Positions 1 to 8,697 of a DNA stretch of 57,446 bases are shown here, piece by piece. The stretch spans positions 1 to 57,446 of IMG/VR virus record IMGVR_UViG_3300021108_000002, one strand, 5' to 3'. The notes beneath the pieces were generated by a model. That model saw only the letters and a program-made list of their open reading frames with translations, was not told where the DNA came from and searched no databases. Positions within the stretch are counted from its first letter, which is position 1. Every line of letters begins with the position of its first letter. The position numbers and the translations under genes are program-made. Origin of the DNA: a virus (taxonomy: Duplodnaviria; Caudoviricetes).

Positions 1-1741
1 TACGGTCAGCTGTTAAATCATATGCGTCACCATTAATAGTTAATGTTCTAGCATTTGTTACAGGAGTGTACGTTAAAGCTGTAGTTACATCAGAAGATGT
101 AAGCGTAATAGCACCTGTACGGGTATTGAAACTAGTAACACCACCTTGATATTGAGGAATGTTTAAAACATTTCCTGATAGTGTTGCTGCTCCACTTGTA
201 CCTGTAGTGGTAAGACTTGTTATCCTATTAGTATAAGCACTGTCCCAAGTTGTTTGAGATGCGATTGTAGGTATTGAATATCCTGCTGTTAAACTAAATA
301 CACCTGTTGTATTTGTGTATGTTAAACCAGTTGCAGTAGAACTTAAAGAAACTAATGTGATGTAGTTAGCTCCATTAGTTATTTGATTGTTATCAGTAGG
401 AATGGTTATAACACCAGTGGTAGAATTATATCCACCGCTTCCTGCAACAAATGATAAAGCTAATCTAGCTCTAGCATCAGTGTAATATAGGTTACCAGAT
501 TCAGTGACAAGTGCTGTAGTGTAGTCTCCAGAAGTAGGAACGATTGCTCCTGTTCTTGTATTGAATGATGTAACACCAGAAGCTATTGTGAATGATCTAT
601 CTGCAGACAAATCTAGTGTTGTACCATTAATAGTAATAGTTCTAGTTTGTGGAACTTTAGTTCCTATAGACGTTGCTACAGTAGTTGCAAAGTTCGGATC
701 GTTTCCAAGAGCTACCGCTAATTCATTTAAAGTATCTAATGTGGCGGGAGCAGATGCTACTAAGTTGGCTATTTGAGTTCCAACATAAGTTTGAGTGGCA
801 TATGAATTAGCAGTTAAATAAGATAGTACACGTGCGTCCGTGTAATATAAATTAGTACCCTCAGCAATATTTGTTGTTGTAAGAACAACAGCACCTGTTA
901 AAGTGTTTACACTAGTTACACCTCCTGTTACAGTGATGACGCCAGTGGCAGAATCATAAGATCCAGAACCAGTTACGCTAATAGCAGCACGAGCTCTTGC
1001 ATCTGTGTAATAAAGATTAGTTCCTTCAGTTACTAGTGTAGTGGTATAATCACCGCTCACAGCAACCACTGTACCTGTTCTTCCAAATATTGATACAACA
1101 CCTCCTATATAACTAGGAATGTTCAACACTCCTGTTGAACTATTATAAGTGGCAGATCCACTTGTACCAGTGGTGGTTAATGATATAGCAGCTCTTGCAC
1201 GAGCATTAGTGTAATATAGATTGGTAGATCCTTCAGGTACTTGATCTGTAGTAGATATAAATCCATTATAAATTGGATTATATACAAATATATCTAGTAA
1301 GTCATTTACAATAGCACCATCTGTTAATGTAAATGTAGTACCATTAGTTGATGTTATAGCTGTTGGTGTAAGTAATACACCATTTAAAAATACGTCAATA
1401 AGTCCAGGAGTGTAACCACCTGACACTGTGAATACAGTTTGACCTGCTGTAGCTGTAATTTGTTGTAAAGCTCTAATAGCTCCAACACCAGATGTAGTTA
1501 CAGATACAATACCTGTTCCATCTATAGCTAAGCCACTGCCTATCTTAACACCACCTAGAGTGACACTAGACGCTATTGGTAAAGAGTAGGGTGTAACAAA
1601 CCCTCTAACCCAAGCAGTTGTAGCCAACTTGGTGGAGTTATCGTTAGCATCAGGTGTTTGACCAGTAGCAGTATTGTTAAGTGTAACTACACCATCTACT
1701 GTCAGACCAGCTTTAGCTAGTATGTCAGATAGAAACTTCAT
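1..1741 (-). CDS. Long tail fibre protein (partial, runs off window start; missing from ORF track)
   Basis: ATG at 1741 reads MKFLSDILAKAGLTVDGVVTLNNTATGQTPDANDNSTKLATTAWV. Thr/Gly-rich, with four E[GS]xxNLYYT[DN]AR repeats and the tail-fibre motif APATLDTLNELAVALGNDPNFATTV. Confidence 0.85.
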   Translation of the reverse strand, partial: MKFLSDILAKAGLTVDGVVTLNNTATGQTPDANDNSTKLATTAWVRGFVTPYSLPIASSVTLGGVKIGSGLAIDGTGIVSVTTSGVGAIRALQQITATAGQTVFTVSGGYTPGLIDVFLNGVLLTPTAITSTNGTTFTLTDGAIVNDLLDIFVYNPIYNGFISTTDQVPEGSTNLYYTNARARAAISLTTTGTSGSATYNSSTGVLNIPSYIGGVVSIFGRTGTVVAVSGDYTTTLVTEGTNLYYTDARARAAISVTGSGSYDSATGVITVTGGVTSVNTLTGAVVLTTTNIAEGTNLYYTDARVLSYLTANSYATQTYVGTQIANLVASAPATLDTLNELAVALGNDPNFATTVATSIGTKVPQTRTITINGTTLDLSADRSFTIASGVTSFNTRTGAIVPTSGDYTTALVTESGNLYYTDARARLALSFVAGSGGYNSTTGVITIPTDNNQITNGANYITLVSLSSTATGLTYTNTTGVFSLTAGYSIPTIASQTTWDSAYTNRITSLTTTGTSGAATLSGNVLNIPQYQGGVTSFNTRTGAITLTSSDVTTALTYTPVTNARTLTINGDAYDLTADR

Positions 1742-1753
1742 TCAGTTTGTTTA

Positions 1754-2959
1754 TTATTTCTTGATAATTACACGATACGCATTGGCAGAAGGAGCTACAG
1801 CAAAACTTACAGTTACTGTTGCAGCATCAGTTATAACTACATCTGTCATAACTTCTTCTAATGTTGTATTATCTTTAATCATCACGATTACATCAATAGT
1901 GTTCAAGCCATGTGTTAATGCATAAGAAGTGCCAGCACCTCCAATATTTGCAGCATAACCACCAGTTCTGTTATCTAAATAAGTCTTTAACTTTAAAGGA
2001 GTTACAATTCTAGTATCATCTGTACCAGTTGTTAACTCAGCATCTGTTGCAATCTCTGCAATACCTGTACGAGTTTCTGTAGCAGTACGAGCAGATAAAG
2101 CAGAAGGAGTTACAGCTTTTACAGTGTCTGTACCAGTTTGTGTTTCTGCGTTTGTAGCAATAAACACTAATCCTAATACAGTTGTAGTAGCTTGATCTCT
2201 ATTTACTTCTAATTGAATCCAGTCTGTAGCTACTGATGTAGATGCATTATTAACCTTAGCAACAATTACATCACCAATATTAAAGGCTACACCGCCAGTT
2301 GTTCCTGCTACTGATACATACCAATAGTCACCAGCTTTGGTGCCAGCCACGGGGCTAGAACCTACTGGAAACGAACCACTAGATGCATCCCAAGCTCCTT
2401 CTAAATTACCAAGACTACCTACGTTAGCATCAATGTATGTTTTGATTGCTGTAGATGTAGCTAATGTAGAAGTACTAGAGTTAGCCATATCTGTAATGAT
2501 CGTCACCTCAGCAGGGTTAGCAGTAGCTCCAGATACATTACCAATTACTCTTAGATTAGCAATCTGTTGTAACTTTTCAAAAGTTACAGCATTAGCATTG
2601 ATCTTTAGAGTGGTAACTGCAGAATCTGCTAGTTTACCTGTGCTTACACCAAGATCTTTAATTCTTAGTGTGTCAGCATTAATCTCAATTGTAACGCTAT
2701 CTACGTTTACATCAAGAGTAACCACGTCACCATTAGCTGATGTAGAGGCTGTAAGACCGGCTCCACCAAGAACATCTTGGATATCACCAGACATATCCAC
2801 CCAGGCTAAACTATCCCAGAAGTAAATACGCTTATCTGTAGTGTCAAAATACACCTGACCTGTTACGGGAGATGCAGGAGCACTACTTAAATTGTGGATG
2901 GCCACATTCAAAATCTGATTTTTGGTGAGGTCCAGATTTGTTAAAAACTTTTTAGACAT
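1754..2959 (-). CDS. Tail fibre / virion structural protein
   Basis: 401 aa, Thr/Ala-rich, ATETRTGIAEIAT and AVTP repeats, C-terminal THGLNT module; lies in tail cluster. Confidence 0.75.
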   Translation of the reverse strand: MSKKFLTNLDLTKNQILNVAIHNLSSAPASPVTGQVYFDTTDKRIYFWDSLAWVDMSGDIQDVLGGAGLTASTSANGDVVTLDVNVDSVTIEINADTLRIKDLGVSTGKLADSAVTTLKINANAVTFEKLQQIANLRVIGNVSGATANPAEVTIITDMANSSTSTLATSTAIKTYIDANVGSLGNLEGAWDASSGSFPVGSSPVAGTKAGDYWYVSVAGTTGGVAFNIGDVIVAKVNNASTSVATDWIQLEVNRDQATTTVLGLVFIATNAETQTGTDTVKAVTPSALSARTATETRTGIAEIATDAELTTGTDDTRIVTPLKLKTYLDNRTGGYAANIGGAGTSYALTHGLNTIDVIVMIKDNTTLEEVMTDVVITDAATVTVSFAVAPSANAYRVIIKK

Positions 2960-2977
2960 GATATTTATATTTTATAA

Positions 2978-3505
2978 TTAGTTCAAAAATGCTTTCCCAC
3001 TAAATGGTGCAGAAAATTTAACTGTTAATGAATTAGAGTTTGTATATTCTACCTCTCCTATAACTTCTGCATTACTAGAATCCACTATAGAAACGGCTGG
3101 GTATTTATTTAAATTATGTGTAATGCTCCACGTGGAACTAGACACTGTTTGATTATGAATATGAGAGAACTTATAAGTCTCTTGTATAGAAAGTGTATCT
3201 CTATACGTAAGGATAATAGTTCTATTTTCATTATCAGCAGTTACAGTGATGTCAACTACTGTTTTATTAAAAGCCTCAGCTATTTGAGAAAGTTGAGTGT
3301 CAGATAAACTTACCTGATCCCATTGATTACCATCCCATGCATATACTAGTTTTAATGTAGTGTCATATACAATAATACCACTGTCATTAGAATTATACCC
3401 AGATGCTAAAGCATTTCTTTCTGCAGTGGTTACAGGTTGTAACTTAGCATTAAGAATCTGATTCTTATTAAAATCGTAGTCTACATATATTTTCTGTACT
3501 GCCAT
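2978..3505 (-). CDS. Tail-associated structural protein
   Basis: 175 aa; N-terminus similar to 1754..2959 (KNQILN), C-terminal WSITHNLNKYPAVSIVD module. Confidence 0.65.
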   Translation of the reverse strand: MAVQKIYVDYDFNKNQILNAKLQPVTTAERNALASGYNSNDSGIIVYDTTLKLVYAWDGNQWDQVSLSDTQLSQIAEAFNKTVVDITVTADNENRTIILTYRDTLSIQETYKFSHIHNQTVSSSTWSITHNLNKYPAVSIVDSSNAEVIGEVEYTNSNSLTVKFSAPFSGKAFLN

Positions 3506-4101
3506 TATGATAAATATGCTCTACCGGCTACGGGTTGATTAAAGTAAATCTTAAGTCTGTTATTATCAATATACTCTATTGCTCCTTGTATATCTGCACC
3601 AGTTAAATCTTCTATACGCACATTAGGATTTAAGTTCATTCCATGAACTACATCCCACATGGTGGAAGCTGTTTGTTGTGTAAAAACAAAAGAACTATTT
3701 TGATTAATAGTAATGGCAGGATTTAAGTTAATTCTAGTTATACATCCACCAGAGTTAATCTCTATAATATTTTGACCTGCTTGTTGTGTACTCATGTAGT
3801 CTAAACCTAAAGCAGGACCTTTTCCATCTTCAGACATAAAGTAACCTGTGCCTCCTTTAGAATATAATACATCATCATACTTTACACCTAACCAGGTTTT
3901 AAGTTGAATTGTAGTTTCAGATAGAGCTCCATCATCTTCATTAGCTTCCCATTCAACTAACTCTTTTCTCATAGAGATAAGTTGGTTGTCTTGGTCTGGC
4001 TTACAAGAGTCAATACCGTAACGCATCTGCTTATACAGACGGTGCATTACATCAGCAAACTGCTTATTATATTTAACTCTGTTCTGTAGATACGTTCTCA
4101 T
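3505..4101 (-). CDS. Tail-associated structural protein
   Basis: 198 aa; C-terminal WDVVHGMNLNPNVRIED module paralogous to neighbour; abuts neighbour start codon. Confidence 0.6.
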   Translation of the reverse strand: MRTYLQNRVKYNKQFADVMHRLYKQMRYGIDSCKPDQDNQLISMRKELVEWEANEDDGALSETTIQLKTWLGVKYDDVLYSKGGTGYFMSEDGKGPALGLDYMSTQQAGQNIIEINSGGCITRINLNPAITINQNSSFVFTQQTASTMWDVVHGMNLNPNVRIEDLTGADIQGAIEYIDNNRLKIYFNQPVAGRAYLS

Positions 4102-4237
4102 TTTGAGTTTTAATCTGATTAATTAACTGCTGTTCGTACAAAGATATACAATTTGCACAAACTCTGATTCCATTGGATGCTATTCTATCTTGGCATCCGC
4201 AAGAGATTTGGGTTCCACAATTTGAACACTGTCTCAT
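4073..4237 (-). CDS. Small Cys-rich protein, 54 aa (not in ORF track)
   Basis: MRQCSNCGTQISCGCQDRIASNGIRVCANC..., preceded by AAAAACCAAA leader like neighbouring genes. Confidence 0.6.
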   Translation of the reverse strand: MRQCSNCGTQISCGCQDRIASNGIRVCANCISLYEQQLINQIKTQNENVSTEQS

Positions 4238-4259
4238 TATATTTGGTTTTTAGTGAGCT

Positions 4260-4817
4260 TTAACAGTTTGTTCCACAAAGTCCGTTGGTAATTTTATCCA
4301 ATCTTTTCTTTGCGTATAACAACAGTTCCATACCTGCTTCAGGACTATGGCAGTATTCCACCTTAGCCTTTGCTGCATCTATAAAACTTTTTATCAATCT
4401 TAATTCTATAAGTTTTTCTTTTATGTCTGCATCTGGTTCACAAGCACCCATCTCTAGTTCACACATAAGATTGTAATATCTATTTACAGTTTGTGTTACA
4501 CGAAGATGGTTATATTCCACTTGAACTATGCTGTTTGGAGACATAGAATAATTAATAACATAGATACCATCTGGAAGTGGTTGTACTGCTTCACTGCATC
4601 CTGTCTTTTGTAAACCTAAAGTACAGGCTGTTAGTGTGGTGTTAAATCCAGGTAACATCTCAATATTTACAGGAAGATTAAATCCTGGAGAAGTAATACT
4701 TAGAATACCGCAGTCTTTTCCAACTCCTTCAGCATATATGCTGGTATCAAAGATACGTAAAACCTTAATATTGTTAGTATCAGGCAGCTCTAAACTTAGC
4801 TGATGTTTGCTTGCCAT
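4260..4817 (-). CDS. Hypothetical virion protein
   Basis: 185 aa ORF in structural block, downstream of a GTATATTA motif. Confidence 0.55.
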   Translation of the reverse strand: MASKHQLSLELPDTNNIKVLRIFDTSIYAEGVGKDCGILSITSPGFNLPVNIEMLPGFNTTLTACTLGLQKTGCSEAVQPLPDGIYVINYSMSPNSIVQVEYNHLRVTQTVNRYYNLMCELEMGACEPDADIKEKLIELRLIKSFIDAAKAKVEYCHSPEAGMELLLYAKKRLDKITNGLCGTNC

Positions 4818-4903
4818 TAGTGTAAACTTTTATAGTTTATATAAATTTGAAGACAAAGGTCCTCAATAATAATATACCAAATTTTTGGGAATTATCCAAA
4901 AAC

Positions 4904-4933
4904 AAAAAGGGAGGGACACGAGTCCTCTCCCTT
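4904..4933 (-). terminator. Rho-independent terminator
   Basis: Minus strand AAGGGAGAGGAC-TCGT-GTCCCTCCCTTTTT after the 451-aa gene. Confidence 0.75.
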
Positions 4934-4956
4934 AGTGTTAGATATTCTTAATATCC

Positions 4957-6312
4957 TTATACAGTCTCTAGAGAAACAGCATTACCAGCAGCACTTGCAC
5001 TAGATACAATGAAGTTAGTAATTGAAGTGGTTGCAGTACCAGTTGGTACGTGAACTACGATCAAATACTGATCATTATCAAAAGTACTAGAAGGATTGTT
5101 AAAACGAGGTACGTTGTGCAAGATCAATACTTGATCATACAAAGCAGACTTAGTTACAGTGTTCAAAGCTGGATCAGCTTCAATCTCACGCATACGTAAG
5201 CTATCTACACGAGAGCTATCAGGATATGCATTTTGTAAGTAACGACCATCTAAGATCAACTCACGAAGTACAGTCTCACCCAAACCAGAAGCTTGCTTAG
5301 GAGCTTGAAGTTCTGCAGATGCAAACAAGTTTGTAGCACAAGGATCACCAGACTCTTCTACAAAAGAAGTGTAGATGAACAAAGGCTCCAAACCGTAGAA
5401 ATCTGTAGGAGTGAAAGTACATGCACCAAACTTAGTCTCAACATAAGCAGCAGTGATCTCAATGTGAGAATCTAAAGCAGCAATGTCGTTAGCTACAGTG
5501 ATTACAGTGTAAGTGTCAGTTGCAATTTCAGAATAGATCTTAGCATTACCATTTGTAGAAGCTACAGCAGCTTTACTAAGAACAACGTTTGCATTACCAG
5601 AACTAGCTGAATCAGCAGCACCAACAGAAACTACATAAGAAGCACCAGCCAAAGAAGCATGAACTACTTTTTCACCAACTTGGAACAAAGTACGATCAGC
5701 ATTTGCTACAACAATAGTTGCAGAAGCAGCAGTTGGGTCAATTGCTACAGAAGCTGTAGTCATATTCCATACTTTAGCCACTACAAACTCTTTCAACAAA
5801 AGAGACTCGTTAATCTGGTCTTTCCACTTAAGTAAGACAACATTTTGGTCTACTGTGTTAGTAGTACCAGCTACAGTGTCACAACCACTGAATCCATCCA
5901 AAGTGTCATAAAGATTACGGCTTACGAAACGTAAAGCAGGTGAACCTTTAACATCTAGACGTAGACGGTAAGTGTTATCACTGTAAATTGTAGCTGCAGA
6001 AGGATCTACAGATACGATTTGGTTCTGAGCAGCATCAGATGTCACTTTGATAAGACGGCTGATGTACTTAGGGTTAATCACTTTAGACTTAACTGACTCT
6101 TTGTAACCACCGTGTACGGGGCCAATTTTGTCAGCAGCAAAGTAACTACCTTGAGCCAAAATAAAAGGGGCAGCTTGTGCAGAAACTACTTGGTAAGATT
6201 TGGCATCAAAGAAACCAATCTGTCCAGCAGTTAAAGCATCAGTTCCACCAGAGCTAGCAAGTGTTGTGCTAGCAGGCAAGAATGACTTGCGGAATGCATT
6301 AGGAAAATACAT
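4957..6312 (-). CDS. Abundant structural protein (putative auxiliary capsid protein)
   Basis: 451 aa in capsid module; shares its translation leader with the major capsid gene; followed by terminator. Confidence 0.55.
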   Translation of the reverse strand: MYFPNAFRKSFLPASTTLASSGGTDALTAGQIGFFDAKSYQVVSAQAAPFILAQGSYFAADKIGPVHGGYKESVKSKVINPKYISRLIKVTSDAAQNQIVSVDPSAATIYSDNTYRLRLDVKGSPALRFVSRNLYDTLDGFSGCDTVAGTTNTVDQNVVLLKWKDQINESLLLKEFVVAKVWNMTTASVAIDPTAASATIVVANADRTLFQVGEKVVHASLAGASYVVSVGAADSASSGNANVVLSKAAVASTNGNAKIYSEIATDTYTVITVANDIAALDSHIEITAAYVETKFGACTFTPTDFYGLEPLFIYTSFVEESGDPCATNLFASAELQAPKQASGLGETVLRELILDGRYLQNAYPDSSRVDSLRMREIEADPALNTVTKSALYDQVLILHNVPRFNNPSSTFDNDQYLIVVHVPTGTATTSITNFIVSSASAAGNAVSLETV

Positions 6313-6358
6313 AGGGCTTTAATTTAAAGGGTTATAAATAAATAAATAAAAAACAAAT

Positions 6359-6772
6359 TTAACTTAAAAACATTAACTTATACTTGGTTGAAGCAATCAA
6401 ACTCTTCACCTCATCTAGTTGGTTTACTACTTCAGAGAAAGGCATGATCTTTTGTAACTCACTAACTTCTGTATATAATTCTTTTATGTGAGATATTGCT
6501 TCCTGTACAGATCCACATTTATATGGACTCACTGCCGGGAAGTCTAGAAGCTTCTCACGAGCTCCTTGGTATTGTTCAGCTACAGCATCTACTAAATCTG
6601 GCATTTCATCATAAAACTCATTAAGAGCCTTATGTGCTGAAAAAGATCCAGGTCCAGTTATCTTAAGATGTAACTGATGCATACTTGTTGTAAGAGCTTG
6701 AGCATGTGCCAACATTGCTGCTGTTTCTGTACATGGTCCCATTGGACCAGGTCTTTGTAGTTTCTGCATCAT
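6359..6772 (-). CDS. Ferritin/Dps-like protein (DUF5856-like)
   Basis: HQLHLKITGPGSFSAHKALNEFYDEMPDLVDAVAEQYQG resembles the Dps helix A/B motif HxxHW...FxxxHxxxxExY...DxxAE. Confidence 0.7.
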   Translation of the reverse strand: MMQKLQRPGPMGPCTETAAMLAHAQALTTSMHQLHLKITGPGSFSAHKALNEFYDEMPDLVDAVAEQYQGAREKLLDFPAVSPYKCGSVQEAISHIKELYTEVSELQKIMPFSEVVNQLDEVKSLIASTKYKLMFLS

Positions 6773-7476
6773 TAACTATTTCTTTGTGCGTTTTGTATTT
6801 CTCTCTGATACTGGTTCATTGACTCTATATCTCCTGCTAAAATAGCAGCTGCGTCATCAACTATAATTTCACAAATATCATCTTTTAACTCACACTCTAC
6901 ATTTACTGTAAACGTTTGTCCAGTTGATATATTGCTACATCCAATAAACTGAATTTCTCTAGGCTTTCTATAATATACTAACTTAGCGTCAAGTACCGTA
7001 AACTTACCATTTGTATAGATTCTAATCTTATCTCCTAAGATTGTGCAAAATGTTTCTGCCCATTCAAAAGAAGGTTGTTTAAAACTATCTGCTAGTAACA
7101 TATCTACGTTAGCTTCTTCAGCTTGGTATATTGTACTTAAAGGTCTTTTAGGACAGCAATCATTCTGTATATTAGCTCCAACTCTTACAAAGTGTAAATA
7201 GTTAGCTGGAATTAATTCACTCTCAAAGAACTTTAATCTTTCATAACCAGTCAGATCAACTTCATTAAGTAAGATCTGTAGATCATCAACAACTGTTACA
7301 CTTTGTTCTGAAGACTCTTTTAAAGCATTCAATCCATGTAATCTTCTACGTGTCCATTCAAGCTGAGCCTTATTAAAAGCTTCTTGTATCATCCAACACT
7401 CTATGTTGTCATAATCAAAGGAGCTAAGCTTATTAAGCCTTTGCTTGATTTTTATTTGTAGCAAGTTGTTATTCAT
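6772..7476 (-). CDS. Conserved crAss-like structural (neck/tail ring-type) protein
   Basis: 234 aa; LNKLSS..FNKAQLE..YYRKP..EIIVDDAA pattern; position downstream of capsid gene. Confidence 0.55.
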   Translation of the reverse strand: MNNNLLQIKIKQRLNKLSSFDYDNIECWMIQEAFNKAQLEWTRRRLHGLNALKESSEQSVTVVDDLQILLNEVDLTGYERLKFFESELIPANYLHFVRVGANIQNDCCPKRPLSTIYQAEEANVDMLLADSFKQPSFEWAETFCTILGDKIRIYTNGKFTVLDAKLVYYRKPREIQFIGCSNISTGQTFTVNVECELKDDICEIIVDDAAAILAGDIESMNQYQREIQNAQRNS

Positions 7477-7484
7477 ATACTATT

Positions 7485-8501
7485 TTACTGATTCCAGTAT
7501 TTTTCTACTTTCTTAGTCAAGTTTACCAAAATCTCCTCATTCAAAGGATTCTTAAGGTATTCTACACAATCAGATGGAGTACGTCCTAACATTGTAGTAG
7601 TTTCCATATGATATATAAACCCATCAGCCTTAGTTGCAATAAACTTGTAATATGTACAGTCTTTTACAATAGCTCTAATCTTTAATGTTTCCATATCAAG
7701 AGTAGATATATCTAAGAACCTTTGAGCAGTCTTACGTTTGTCTTTTTCAACTAACTCTCCGTTTACATACTTATCCATGTTATCATAGATGATGTCATTA
7801 GGAGTAGACTTTTTATACTGAGCACTATTAGGATCTAACACCTTGGCTACATATAATAGTTTATTCTGATTCTTGTCAAATAACTTCTGAAGTTCAGAAA
7901 GAGCTTTATTACGAAGCTTCTTAACTTCTGTTTGTACTGATGCTGTTTCTTCAAGTTTATCAAGATAAAACTTAGGAGGAACTGGCATTCTGCGAGCTTC
8001 TTCTAAACTTTTAGCCACTATACAAAACCCACCTGCTTCAATTGCATATAATCTAATTAGATCATAAGGGTCTTTATCAGGCTCTAGAAAACTTGGTTCA
8101 TTACCACATCTAATTTTGATCTTATCCCAAAACACTGAGTTATCAGGTTTCATGAGTTTGATCTTATTCCAAAACTCTTCGTCAGTTGCATCAACTACAT
8201 TAGCAGCTAATTCTCTTTCTAACTGAGCAACAACTACACGTATCTGCTTAATCTTAGCTTCTTGTTCTTCAGCTGGTAAATCTTTTACATCTGGAGAAAA
8301 CTCATTTAAGCCAGTTACGTATCTTTTGATGCCATTAATCTCTAGACAAGCTAATTGTTCTTCGTGGAACGCTCCGTCAAAAAGACTTAATCCATACTTC
8401 TGTAGTCCCATATTATCAACCATTGGATCAAAGAAAGGTCTAATGGCAATAGTGGACTTTTTGTTTTGTGGATACTTCTCCACGATTGTTACTCCGCTCA
8501 T
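7485..8501 (-). CDS. Conserved crAss-like protein downstream of major capsid gene
   Basis: 338 aa; position matches the conserved crAss-like capsid module order. Confidence 0.5.
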   Translation of the reverse strand: MSGVTIVEKYPQNKKSTIAIRPFFDPMVDNMGLQKYGLSLFDGAFHEEQLACLEINGIKRYVTGLNEFSPDVKDLPAEEQEAKIKQIRVVVAQLERELAANVVDATDEEFWNKIKLMKPDNSVFWDKIKIRCGNEPSFLEPDKDPYDLIRLYAIEAGGFCIVAKSLEEARRMPVPPKFYLDKLEETASVQTEVKKLRNKALSELQKLFDKNQNKLLYVAKVLDPNSAQYKKSTPNDIIYDNMDKYVNGELVEKDKRKTAQRFLDISTLDMETLKIRAIVKDCTYYKFIATKADGFIYHMETTTMLGRTPSDCVEYLKNPLNEEILVNLTKKVEKYWNQ

Positions 8502-8561
8502 GTTTGGTTTGTTTGGTTTTTATTTATAACTGGTTACAAATGTAACCTTTTATATTTAGAA

Positions 8562-8691
8562 CCTATTAAGAGTTGCGAGCTCCTCATGTGATCACCATGG
8601 TACGCATACAATAGGAAGCCTGGAGATACTATCTACAGGGCGGCACTGATGTATCGTTTGGCAGGGGACTTTACACCCCTGCCTTAGATAC
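8562..8691 (-). ncRNA. Putative structured RNA 3' of major capsid gene
   Basis: Helices GGCAGGGG/CCCCTGCC within GTATC/GATAC, CCTG/CAGG, and a CCTATT/AATAGG-closed junction. Confidence 0.45.
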
Positions 8692-8697
8692 TATTTT

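Noticed and set aside
1-4101. Diversity-generating retroelement targeting tail fibres
   Set aside because: No reverse transcriptase and no TR/VR pair seen in this window.
8640-8660. Hammerhead core on plus strand (CTGATG)
   Set aside because: Reads CTGATGT rather than CTGANGA, with no properly placed GAAA.
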